The position numbers and the translations under genes are program-made. Under the pieces are notes generated by a model. The model did no database searches and was not told where the DNA came from. It worked only from the letters and a program-made list of their open reading frames with translations. Below, piece after piece: positions 37,189 to 51,000 of a DNA stretch of 64,000 nucleotides; within the stretch, counting starts at the first letter, position 1; every line of letters begins with the position of its first letter. The stretch covers positions 11,656,001 through 11,720,000 of the forward strand of contig NC_092672.1 of assembly GCF_964355755.1 (NCBI RefSeq). Reading direction: 5' to 3'. The stretch is from Antedon mediterranea. Taxonomy: Eukaryota > Animalia > Echinodermata.

Positions 37189-39811
37189 GGATATACACGA
37201 TTTACGATCCTCGCAGAGCAGAGGTAGTCACGTGATGCAGTTCTAACGAATCACGTTCACGTATTTACATAGGCTATGTAATAGTATGATCAGGGAAGAG
37301 TAATTTAACTCTTCCCTGGTATGATATATTTATTGGACATCATTAATCATAATCATACGAATTCTGTTTCTGTACATGCGTGGACCGGATACCATACCTT
37401 GTGTAGACCTACGTACAGACATGGATGAATTCTGTTCATCTTACTGTACATACAGGCAATTTGGCCTACCTGCACTACAGATTTTATCTTTAGTGGTCAA
37501 AATAAACAAACACACACGAAAATTGAGAGCTTGTAACTTGTTATGTCTATTAAAATTATATAAGCATTATTCATCCTCTCTAGACGGGGCTTCCTGTCGA
37601 CTACTCCGCGGTGACTACGCGCATTTTCTAAAAGTTCCGCAGCCTTGTTTATCAATCATGATAAATGCAATTTAATTTGATTGAGTGTATGCAAAAAAAA
37701 AAAACACACACAAGAAACACGGAGATTTCGGGATAGATGTAATTGTATAGGCGCGGCCATATTGTTGCCAAAATAAACAAAATAATTTACCTAAAAATAA
37801 AAAAAAAGTAAAGCACAATAAACACACATTAAAGAAAATTCACTAAAGATATCACTTTCACAATGTGACAGGGATCACTTGTACGATGTGACAACAGATA
37901 TGTGAGATGGTAAAAACATTCTGATGATATTAATTATCATTCGTAGTACCTTTAATGTTAAATTTAAAGAATGTGTATTCATTATTATACGAAATAAAGA
38001 ATGTTTATGAGTGTAATGGTGATGCAATGGATGAAGATGGCAATCTTTATCTTTCCCCTCACATTATTTACCGTAGGCCTACCATTGTACTCATAAACAT
38101 TTAGTATGTGTACTAATGTGTACTATACATTAAACTAACCCATATAGTCTGGGTTCCAGACGGAGTTTTTACTTAATATTAGTAAAAAGAAAAAAATTAT
38201 TTTGGCATATATATCGTATTTCAGACAACAAAAGCCTCGAATACGAAATAACTACTGACTAAAAGAAGAGAATTGAATACCGCCACCAATGATTATTTAG
38301 TGCGGTGGATATTTCCCCACAGCTAAATACTAGCTAAATGCAATTTATTATGGCTATTTTATTATTCAATACATACGATATCATGAATATTGTTTTTTCT
38401 CAAATGATTTCTTTTTAAATGTAATAAAATGTATAATGGTTGATTGAAATTGGATCCGCAGGTTCATTTCACGGAACTATTCCAGGAGGATTAAAGATAA
38501 TAAAAATGTACAATACATCGACAAATGCAATTTAAATGTGTACTTAAAATATTTAGAGACAATTTAGAAATCGCAATCTTCTGATCGTTCTGATCTGGAT
38601 CGACTTTGTGACTGAATTTTATGACATTGGAATTGGAAGATAAATGGGATATTGCATGAACATACGTTCTTATTAGTTTCTTATTTTTGTTTTTAAATGC
38701 GATAGTGAAAAGATTTTAAATTGAATATATGTGTGTATTCTTTCATCATTGCTTCTGTAGTGTGTATTTCTCAGATAAGAATGGAAAGAAATGGAAAGAA
38801 TGGAAACATGATAATTTTAGGAAGCTATTTTTTAAACGATGGCAAGCTTCTTGAAAGAGATGATCTGACTAAAGATTTAACTAAAAATGCAAAAAGGAAG
38901 AAAAGTTGTGTTACAAAAATTAAGAACAATAACAATATTAGGCCTATAAATAATTGTTAAGCAAATATATACAAGATTAGAGTGTGTCCTACGCTACATT
39001 TTAAAACGACGGGTGACGTTAATCTTCACACACTGATTCGACGCAACGCAACAAGTGGGGAACCGACGTCGCAACAGTCCTGAAAAAATCACAGGTTTGA
39101 TTTCACGCAGGTGGGGGAATTATTGGAAGGGCATTTTCTTACGTTGCGTAGGTTGCGTTACGTTGTCGCTAGTTGGAACCAAACTTTAATAAACGGAAGA
39201 CTGCGCTCAAAAACGGAACATACAAGTGTGAATGTAGCTGAGACAAGTATATAGACTGCGCTTAAACATCAGATAATCATTATGCTGCATACAATGTGTC
39301 CTCGTCATGACGAATATCAACGATTCACGCGTATAGTGCTATTTTAACTAATTTACAAAACTCCTATTAACGTTATTGGTTCTATTGTTAAGCTTATTTT
39401 AAGCATAAATGGATAAGTGCGTCAATTATGCTCATCGTTTTATTTTCTCAAGGGGCCAAAAACTTAATTTAAAACCATCAGCAAAAATATGGATTAAGCA
39501 AGGAATTTACGTTGTTGATGATGTCGATTATTACCAAACAAATAGAGCTTTTAGGTTTATTTGAATTATGCTTTATTAAGCATTACTTAGGCTAAGTGAT
39601 ATTTACCCAATTACAACACATTAGCTTCACGCATGAAGATTAGCAACATTATCTCATTTTCTGAAATAGTAAACTGTTATGTAATTCTCTGGGCTGATAC
39701 TTTATGCCGCAGGCTCGGAATTGTATGAAAAACGGAATGTATAGACTACGATATAACATTAAAGCGAAACAAAGAAGTTTCAAAGAACAATGAAAACAGG
39801 GCCATATACAT

Positions 39812-39908
39812 TGCTGCAGTCAAGTGTTCAAATTTGAGTTAGTGTTTGCCGACCGACCGACCGACCGACATAGTGAGCTGTAGAAACGTGTTTACATGCG
39901 ATTAAAAA
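39812..39908 (-). mobile_element. Short degenerate HINE family A copy
   Basis: (CCGA)n + catagtgagct.tag + decayed subTIR, as in the other family A copies. Confidence 0.5.
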
Positions 39909-42098
39909 AGTATAAAGCTGAGAAAAGGTTTCATTTAAAGTGGATAGATTTACCAGGTTTAAAGTCAAACGAATTATGATAATAATTTGACATTTATTAT
40001 AGTGCGATTTTTTAAAGATCAGAGCGTTGAACTAAACTGGTTTTCTGGGTTGATTGGGAAGTTCGCAATTCTGAAACTTCTAAACAAACGCAATCAAAAT
40101 TTTTAGACATTCGGTAAAAGCATACTTTTAATAGATGAACTCAATATACTGACCAGGTGAGAGAGTGGAGATACATGATGTCAGAGAAGTTCGAAAAATC
40201 GTTTTTACAGGATGATGGTAGAAGAAATAACGTGTAGGGACTGAAATTAGGGAGAATAATAGGAATGAACCAAGAAACATGCAAACAAAAATAACCTAAA
40301 TATTTTTGTTGAATGTGAAATTTTGCGTTGCGTTACGTTCTAGTGGGAACCACGCTTAAATGTTTATTATTTAGGATCGTTAGGAGCTCAGCGTCGTGTC
40401 AAATGCTGACTTTAGATCATGAAAACGATATCAGTTTTGTTTATGTATGATATGTAACGTAGATTATCCATCCATTTGCTCGACGTAAACAGTGTATTGT
40501 ATGACAGTTGCTAAATATATAAACTCACAATGTATTACTATATCTACTTGAAATAGCTTATCGATTTATAATTTTCTAATAGTTTTATGAATAACATCGG
40601 CAAACAAAATGTATCTCGGTTCAAGATTTTATAGAGAAGAGCTCCGCTATGTAACTATATTTTACAATATTATAATATGATTACAATTATTACTATAGCT
40701 ATTTCATTATTAATAATAACAAGGCGTAAATACAAACTCAAAATCGTGTCCTCATATTCCTCGACTGTTCATGGTTTTCAACAGACAGAATATACAAGGT
40801 TTACCAGGGAAGAGTGTAATATCAATTACTGTTTTAAAGAGGAAATCATTTTTAGCCTAACGATGATCAGTAAATACTGCAGGGTAAGACGGAATACATA
40901 ATGTTCTTCTTTAACGGCAATTAAGCAGGCATTCGACAAGTAATAAAATGACAATAACATGAATCGTTTTCGAATGCCAGTAAGCTTATAAAGGCAACAT
41001 TTTATTGTCAAATCCACAATAGGCTAAATACAGGAAAATGTATTATAATAATTAAATTGTGTGATGTTCTCCTATTGGATCAACACAAATAACATATAAC
41101 ACTCACACTTTATTATGGATCCCAATAAATTTATTTCATGATTAATGTATTTATGTAATCTTACGGGCATAATGTTAACACGATTCTAACTGTTAGACCG
41201 GCGACCGTACCAATTGAATTATGTGAATTTGTTTGCTAGGCCTTGTCGTCCGAGGAGGCTTTAGAGTGAACACAATATATGAATCGGTTCTCACAATTAG
41301 GTCTACCTAAAAAATAGATCGATATAATAATCAGCAGACGTTTAACGAGTCGTATAAATACAACAACCCGGCCTGCCACAATTATTGTGTTTAGCTTGTT
41401 TTCTTTAGAGAGTAATGAGACAATCAATTTACAAAACGCATGCCGTTTGCTCGGTAAAATAGGAATACATAATGGTTAGAATGAGCTACGAGTTAAATCT
41501 GTCCATCTATGGCCTAAGTTATTTAATTGTCGGCTCTTTGAAGTATTCCCGCCAAGGATTCATTGCCGCAGAGTATAAACCTGTGGCGTATTAATGCCAC
41601 TTTACATTTTGATTTTTTTGAGCCGCTGTTCACTTTATTATGTTATCCTTTTAAATGTCTCAGTACTATTGAATATAATAAATGGTATTCCTACTAGAGT
41701 ACATTGTGTTTAGCAACATGCTTCATGTAGCATTTATATGTACGTTCATCGTGATACGGTGTGTTGGACGTTGGTGGTAACTGTAGATTCGAAGCCAACA
41801 CTCTCACGCTTTGCTTGTATCCTTAAGGGCCTTTCACACCTGTTCCGGCACGGTTCCGGTCCGGCGAATCGAACACCAATGTTTCGTTTTTACGACGCTC
41901 CACGCGGCCAAGCACCAGACAAGATATTTACTAAAATAACAGGTCAATTTTGATATATAGCAGTTTTTAAAGTGCTCATTCGCTTTGATGTTAGGCCTAC
42001 GCCAGGCCTAGACAGCCAAGCAACACGTACCTGCTGCGCTTCGTTTAAATTTACCGCAGTCACATTTTCGATCGACGGCGCCCTCGATTTTTGCAGGC

Positions 42099-45000
42099 TT
42101 ACGAAAACAAATACATGTGCGTGACGTATCCGTTTTCGTTATCGTATTCGTAGCGTTGCGACACCTCTCTGGTATTGGAGATCCACGTAACTGTAATGAA
42201 AGGACATATCTAGTACAGTACAATAACTCTAATAAAACAATGAGGGTAAATATAGAATATATGAACGATAGCATTTGTTGAGAGGGTGGGGGAATGTCTC
42301 ACTGCCTGCTGAAGTAAATTAGTATTGTTCAAACAAAACCTGCCGTCCTGTCTATTAGTGGTGTAAATGTGGTATTTATACAGAATTTGAAATACGTGTG
42401 ATAATCGAGAAACTAGAGTGAGTGGCCGAGCGTGGAACCGTAATTACGTAGTCATAACATCGGCAGGGGTTCGAGGCTCACTCACTCCATGATTCTGGTG
42501 GTAGAATGAGTCTTCTCGGATAAGGACTATAAACCGTAGGTTCAGTGTACACATCTAGCTCGTGTGCACTTTAAAGAACCTAGTACATCTTTCGAGACGA
42601 GTAGGGGGTTACCCCGGTGTATTAGTACATCACAGCCACTGATCACCAACTGGGCCCTCTGGGAGACCAGTCTTTGACTGAAGCGGTTACCCAGTATAAA
42701 TATATATTTCACTATACTAAACTGATACAATTTAAAATTAACATTTTTTAAACTTTTTTATTTAAACATAATACTATGTCTAGTCTACTAATGATAACAC
42801 AAACGTTATGGTATGGTATGTGAAAAATGCTGAACGAGTTATGGCAAGGCACAAGGGCAATATCCAACAACTGAAAAAAAAAAAAAACAAAAAACATAAT
42901 GAGATGAAAATTACTTTAAATAGTTGGAAAATACTTCACTGGAAAAAGGTGTAATTATAATTAAAACAATTTTGTCGTAACAAGTGGTTTTTTGAAAGTG
43001 TAGTAGAATGTTAAATAAATACCTCGTGCATATTGTGCATAGTGCCTATCGTTTTGTATTGATCCATGAACGATATCGATAGGTGCAATAACCAGGTTCA
43101 ATTGAGTAGGGTATTGAATATACATTAATATAACAGAACGGTTGCATGCTAAATATAAAGAGTTTCTTTTAATTACCGTACCTGTGGAACAGGTTTGGTC
43201 CATGTACCCATAGGGGCATTCACAGACGCTTATATCATCTGTAGTAAAAACACAGGTACCACCATTAAAGCATTTAGCATCGCAATCATCTTGATTATCA
43301 GCTGTAATAAAGAAATTCATAATGGTAAATTAGGCTGTTTTTACTATTATAATGCAATAAGATGACATTATAAGAAAATCACTTAAAATATACCGTACGT
43401 GATGTAATGCTAAGTACCTAGGACTCGAAATTGATGATAAGCTATCTTGGAAGCACCATATTACAACTGTAACAAAAACTGTTAGTGCCAAATTAAATTT
43501 ACTATAAAGCTTTCTTATAATTTAAATAAAAATATAATGATAACATTATATCTAACCACAATATGGACTATGGTATCCCAGTTTGGGGTAACTATAGCAT
43601 GCAGAATCAAATGAAAATACATAAATTAAAAAAAAATAAAAATAAAATAATAATTATAAAACAACACGTGGTGATGACATAATCATGGATCTATCAAGTT
43701 CTATAAGAAGAAATTATGCTATATCATGGTTATTAAACTAGGCAATCTGAAACACTTGGTTCCGCCTAAAACAAAAATGTAAAAATAATGAGCTCAAATT
43801 CGCTGGTGCTAATGGAACGATCTACCGCAAGAAATTAAAGAATCCTTAAATTATTATTTATTTCAAATCACATTTATATTCGCAAGGTAAATCCTTACTA
43901 TTTTAACCATTTTGCTTGAATCCAGTTTTATTTTACAATTGTATTTTAACTCCTTTTTAACATTGTAAATAATGTCTGTCTTTTATGCCAAATGTGAGCA
44001 CGTACCATTCAGCGGTTTCGAAGGAGATACGTAAAATTACGCAATAAATTTAGTAGCAGTAATATATAGATATAGCAACCAGTATACAATAGGCACATCT
44101 ATGTACATATACATTCAGCCATACCCCGCCGATAGTAGTCTATCCAATTGAATTAGAACAATACAATGAAACCCTCAGTGGTCTAATGGTTAGAACATGT
44201 GCTTATCAAGCAGAAGGTTCCGGGTTCGAATCTCGGTTAGGGATTTTCTCATTCACAGGTTTCGTCATTTTTATTGTTTCTAATTAATTAAATTTCATTA
44301 TATCATCGGGCAGACTAGAATTTATTCTGTGTCTGTGATGTTTATATATGTTTATATGTAAATCCAAAGGCAAATTACTGAAAAAAATGACAATGCTGTG
44401 GGTATCAGTGGCTGGATCTCAATGGAGATACAAAAAAAAAAGCGAACAGCTAAATCAAAACGATAAAGTAAAACAATCAGAAAAGTTAGCAGAGCTTTCA
44501 TGCAACACTAGCCCTTCATCTATATATATATAATGTGTGTGTGTTTAAAATAGGCGCCATCTTGGATTTCAACATGGTGGCTGTCTTTAATAACAATATA
44601 TTTGGAATCCTTAGTCTCACAAACATAGGTATAGACATTATTTTTAACCTATACTTAAAAGTCAAGTTATAAGCCAAAATACGTTTAAAATGGCGGCCAT
44701 CTTAGATTTCAACATGGCGGCTGAAATATAATATTTGCAACTTTAATAACAATATATTTGGAATCTTCAGTATCACAAACATAGGTATAGAAACCATTTT
44801 TAACTTGCTATGTCACTTAAAAGTCAAGTTATAAGCCAAAATACGTTTAAAATGGCGGCCATCTTGGATTTCAACATGGCGGATGAAATAAAATATTTAC
44901 AACTTTAATAACAATATATTTGGAATCCTCAGTATCACAAACATGGGTATAGACACCATTTTTTAACTTGCTACGTTACTTAAAAGTCAAGTTATAAGAT

Positions 45001-48000
45001 TCAAGATTCAAGAAATTTTATGTGTCCATAAAAATGGAAATTCACTTTGCTTGGTAGATTGAAACAACAATAAAAAACAAACATAAATAATGTTGCAACA
45101 ATTTAAAACGTGCAGAATTATAACAGATTAAAATACAAGATAAAAAGTTAAAAATAAAAAAACTGTAAAAACTGTAAAACTATTTAAAAATCGCATTATC
45201 GTCTTACATTAGAATTAACCAGGCCATATAGATGGCTGCAGTCGCGTGCTCATTAGTGTTTACCGACCGACCGACCAACCTACCAACTGACCGAAATTAC
45301 GGAACATTTAAAAATGTTGAAATGTTTAAAAACATTTATATTTTTTTAATTTAGCCTACACGTGCGTAGCCGGTCACTTTTGATGTGCTCGTATAACGTA
45401 ATTTTGAGTTGAAAAGTAAAGTCAAGAAAACAGAAATCGGGCAGAAAGAGTGCGCAACAACATTTAACGCACAGTTCGCGCGCAAAAATCTGCGCACTCA
45501 TGGCAATTTTGTAAACGCTTAAAATTGCCTGAAACGTACTCTTACTTCATCGAGAAAAAAAAAATTGAAAATTTTAAGCGCGCGTACGCATGCGTTACAT
45601 GCGCTACGCACGTAATTGTATTGCCATATGATAATTTATGCCCTGAAATTTATGAGTACCAAATTTTATTTAATTGTAATTCATGGTTGTGAAGATATGA
45701 TTACAAACGTGATTTCGTTAAATCGTGCGTAGACCGCGTAATTTTTTATTGCAAACCGTGAAAACATAACCACATCGATTCCTGGCCATAAAAAAAATTG
45801 ACTTAGCTAGATTAAACTGATATCAAGATAAGGTCAGAAAGCGATAAAACGCATAGTGATACCGGACCGACAGACCGACAGACCGACAGACCGACATAGT
45901 GAACTATAGAGTCGCGTCCACGCGACTAAAAATATGAATGCTATTTACAACGAAGGATTTTCTAGTTCTACAAAGATTTGCTCTAATACCTGATCTATTT
46001 AAGTTATAACAGTAATGTAACGGATGAGTGGGGTCTTTCATAATATTGTTTACTTTAAAAAAAATACTCTTTTCATAGATAAAAGGCGTTAGATCAGCTT
46101 TAATAATACGTTGTGCAATTTTACGTGGTCTCTCAATATTTTTAGTCGCGTGGAAGCGACTCTATAGTTCACTATGTCGGTCGGTTGGTCGGTCTGTCTG
46201 TCTGTCGGTCTGTCTGTCGGTCTGTCTGTCGGTCCGGTATCACTATGCGTTTTATCGCTTTCTGACCTTATCTTGATATCAGTTTAATCTAGCTAGGTCA
46301 ATTTTTTACAGTATATTCCTTATGGCCAGGAATCAATGTGGTTATATTTTCACGGTGCGCAATAAAAAATTACGCGGTCTACGCACGATTTAACGAAATC
46401 ACGTTTGTAATCATATCTTCACAACCATGGATCACAATTAAATAAAATTTGGTACTCATAAATTTCAGGGCATAAATCATCATATGGCAATACAATTACG
46501 TGCGTAGCGCATGTAACGCATGCATACGCACGCTTAGAATTTTCAAAATTTATTTTCGATGAAATAAGAGTACATTTCAGGCAATTTTAAGCGTTTACAA
46601 AATTGCCATGAGTGCGCATATTTTTGCGCGCGCACTGCGCGTTAAATGTTATTGCACACTCTCTTTGCCCGATTTCTGTTTTCTTGACTTACTTTTCAAC
46701 TCGAAATTACGTTATACGAGCACGTCAAAAGTGACAGGCTACGCACGTGTAAATTAAAAAAATATAAATGTTTTTAAACATTTCAACATTTTTAAACATG
46801 TTCAGTAATTTCGGTCAGTATAGTTCACTATGTCGGTCGGTCGGTCTGTCTGTCTGTCTGTCGGTCTGTCTGTTGGTCTGTCGGTCTGTCTGTCGGTCCG
46901 GTATCACTATGCATTGTAGCACGCGACTTAATGGCTGTTGGCCTTGTTCTTATCATTATCAGTATAGTTACCATAAAAACATCCAATGCTAAAAGATAAA
47001 ATACTTTGAATAATACTTTGATAAAATAGAATTAAAATAGTGTTATCAACTCTAATTTGCTTGAGTTTTCTGAGAAAGTAAAGCCTTTGAGATGCCTTCT
47101 TGGAAATCATGAGAGAGTTTGACTCCCATTTTAATTTGTTGTCAATTATAGTACCTACGTATTTGTATTGGGTTACTCTTTCAACCTCGGTTTCTTTAAT
47201 AGTTATTACATTATGTTCAACTGCGGTTTTACGAAAATCTATTATCATCTCTTTGGTTTTAGTAATATTTTAATATTAATACTTAATACTTAAAAGTATT
47301 AAGTTCATATCCTCACACCAATTAACAAATCTTCCAACTTCATTAACAAATTCATTTACATTATGCTTACTATCGCAATGAAAACCACTAATTACAGTAT
47401 CGTCAGCGTATTTTACAATATTGCAATCTTTACTTAAAATATTAAAACTACTTGAATAAAGAGAAAACAAAATTGGGGAAATAACACATCCTTAAGGAGC
47501 TCCAACACTGATGGATTCTTTGTTGGATAGGATACCATTGCACTTAACAATCTGCGGTCTATTAATCAAAAAACTATATATAACTTTGGTGAGCTGAGGT
47601 GAGACATTAAAACTTAATAATCTATCAATTAAAACGTGTTGTAAAATAGTATTAAAAGCACTGGAGAAATCGAAAAATATAGACCGTACATAATTTCTTT
47701 TTGAATCAAGGTGATGATATGTATCATGGAGATAAGAATTAACAGCATCGTCAACCCCTTTATTTTTCTTGTATGCAAATTGATTCTTATCTGCATTACC
47801 AATATTTTCCTTAAGTCTATAGATACAATCAACCTTTCTAAGCATTTCATTATATTTGAAGTAATTGCAATTGGTCTAAAAAATTTTGGTACACTAGGTT
47901 TATTAACTTTAGGCAATGGATTTATAATAGAAGTTTTCCATATCCGTGGAACAGTACCATTTCTAAAAATAATATCAAAAATATAAATAAAAATTGGACA

Positions 48001-51000
48001 TAGTTGGATATTGCACACTTTTAAAATTCTGTTTGAAATCCCATCTGGTCAAGTTGCCTTATTGACTTTTAAGCCAAAATAAGTCTGAAATGGCGGCAAT
48101 TTTATTTTTTAACATTTTAAGGGTGAAGATCTAAAAATTGAGCCGGGTAAACAGCAGATTTGAATTCAGCACCCCAAAATTACATAAAACACATGTTTTT
48201 TCGCTTTTAACACGAAATGCCTACAGCATCTTATTAAAGTGGAAATATGACTCTCTGGACTAGTCTATTATAACTGTGCACACTGGACCTCGTTTAGAGT
48301 CCTTATCCGAGAAGACTTTCTCTCTCTCTCATCACCCAATGCGCACAAAGAACAGAAGTTCTGTCTACACTATCAAACTAATTTGACAAAAATGTGTGAT
48401 GTGCCCAATTGGTAGTGATATATGCCCAAATATGGTAGTGATAATATGACATCATCATGTCCATTGGGCACATCACATTTTCTTGTCACATAAAGTTAGT
48501 TTAGAAAGAGCTTTAACATGTCGTAGTCGGTCTTCGCAACTCGAATGCTCTCTATAAGAATCATCATTCAAAAGGGAACGGAAGGCCAAGATAAAAATTT
48601 GATGTTGGCTATTAATTAGCAAACTCACTCGGTCAACGTGGCTCCGTAAAAGGAAAATACCTTAAATCATTTTTAGTTTGACGGATGAAGAATGACTTTT
48701 TAAGTACTGAACTAATAGTAATACAATAATGTTTTTTGACAATATCTAAGATCGTTGAATAATGTAATACCGTACAGAAAAGAAATACCTGTAAATGGGC
48801 CTATATATAAGGCTCCTGGTTGACCAAATTGATTGTCCACACCAGATGATAGTGTTCCAGTCATTCTTTCGTACCAATATATCTTAGCATCTGCCCAATC
48901 TGTCCAGTAGAGATAGTTCCCATAAATTTTAATATTAAAAGGGTGTGTTCTTATCACGGTAACAAGCGTTGTTCTGTTGGTTCCGTCAAGGTTAGCTGCC
49001 TCGATTAAATCAGTTCCTCCATCACACCAATACATCTTTCCACCTTTAGGATTAAAACAATAATAATAACATTCTTCAATAATATTAATAATAATATAAT
49101 CTACAATATTATATTCTACTAAAGAGCGAATGTTTCGAATCATCTCTCTGGGCTGGTGAAAGAGGATTTGTACGGATATACTCCATCCTGTCATATTCAT
49201 CAACCATAATTAATGCAGACCTATTTTATTGTACATAGTTCATAGACCTTTATTTTTCATAGTGCGTGTTTTATTCATCACTGATTTTGAGACTATTATA
49301 TTCTAAAATGAATATGGAAAAAATGAAGGCCGTTTTCATAGAAAGAAACTTATTTCCACTCCACGTCTTTAATAAATGGCGGTAGCCTGTTTATTAGATT
49401 AATTACAATGTAAGCATAATATAAACATATAAATAACTAGTAATATATAGTTTTTACCGGAATCGGATACTGATAAAGCAAGTCCAGTTGGAGATTGAAG
49501 TCCCGTCGTCACTATTGCGGTTCTGGTACTTAAGTCATCTAACTGCGCGCGCTCTATCATATCTGTACCCCAATCTGTCCAGTACAGGTATCTTAAATGA
49601 AGAATAATTGACCAATCGTTTACAAATACTATTTATAGGCAGTAAATAACAGTTTTGTTCTGTTCCTTTTTTTTAATGTGAAAAGAGAATTTACAATACT
49701 CTACAGTAAACAGTTAACATTTTCTGTCAGTGATAACATTACTAAAAGATGATATACAATATTTCAGGAAGGTGAAGTTGAAGAGTTTTCTATAATATAA
49801 AGTTAGTGGAAAATGTATATTTTATAGCTAGCTAATTGATGGCGCTAGTTACAATATGTTATGCATGATTAAATATTTTATAACAATAAGATAAGTTATT
49901 GACATTGGATTGGACGGTTACATGACATGCAATAGTATAATAATGAGTGTAACGGTACACATAATAATTCGGTGAATGAGGAAAGGTTATATTCATCATT
50001 CACCTCATGCAATTATTTGTACCATTACACAAATATAAAACATTAATTATTTGTTTTATATAACATCTAAATAGATTCCTGTAATTTGAATCAGATTGAA
50101 TAAAAGGAAGGCATGTCTACATTTGAGTTACATTGAAACAGTAACTTTTGTTGTAAATATATGGTTTATAATATAGCAAATATTATACTTATTTGGACTT
50201 TATAAACAAATTTTAGTGGTAATATGTCAACAGACGACCAAAAAATCTTTTTTTTTTATAATTTAAGTCGTATGCCGCTAAACTACAAGTTATAATATTA
50301 GTAAGAAAACCTATAATACTGTATTATTTCAAATAACCCACCCTCTGATTAATAATTGAACAATCCATTTGATTTGATTTGATTGATTTGAGTTTTGTAG
50401 TTGAAGAATGGAACTAGAAAACTCAGATCTTGATATCTGAGTTTTCTAGATCTGAGTTTTCTAGACACCCCCCCCCCCCAAAAAAAAATGTGCATGAAAT
50501 CCAATAACAGCACTGTCACGTTCTACGAATAGAAGCAAGACGCACACGATCTCTCCTTCACAAAAACAAGATCATAGCAATGACTATGAAAATAATCTAC
50601 TTATAGTCTAGTTATATAAAACAAATTTTTATACGAATGACGTAATGTATAGGGGCGAAAATGTGAATGTGTTAATAAAGTACGAATTTTGCTGATATAT
50701 TTGTTATATGTTTTGTAGGCCCACTTGTCCCCAGAGAAGAGTATTGACTGACATAATACTAACATACCCGTTTGTAGTATCTATCTCAATCCCACTTGGT
50801 TTGTCTAATGATGTATCAAAGAGAATCGTTCTATTTGTTCCATCCAGATTTATTACTTCGATTCGAACTTCCTGAAGACTTGTCCAATAAAGTTTATTTC
50901 CAATTTTATCAATGACTAAACCATTCACATCTTAATAAAAAAAATAATAAAAAGTTAAACCTGAACTGTTGTATTGACAGCGTAGGTTATGACACAGGAA

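Larger units (their letters stand above)
44997..48069 (-). mobile_element. Degenerate 5'-truncated Rex1/Babar-like LINE interrupted by two HINEs
   Basis: RT motifs FRPIAITS, QFAY, FFDFSSAFNTI, VGAP, KYADDT, YKYVG, QRLYFLRKL (46950-48060). The C-terminus DPTHPLH..RSG..CRT..SFV is in the spacer 45933-46139; (CTTGAAT)n tail at ~44997-45015. Confidence 0.85.

Noticed and set aside
44171-44243. Functional tRNA
   Set aside because: Acceptor and anticodon stems pair poorly; treated as a pseudogene or SINE head.
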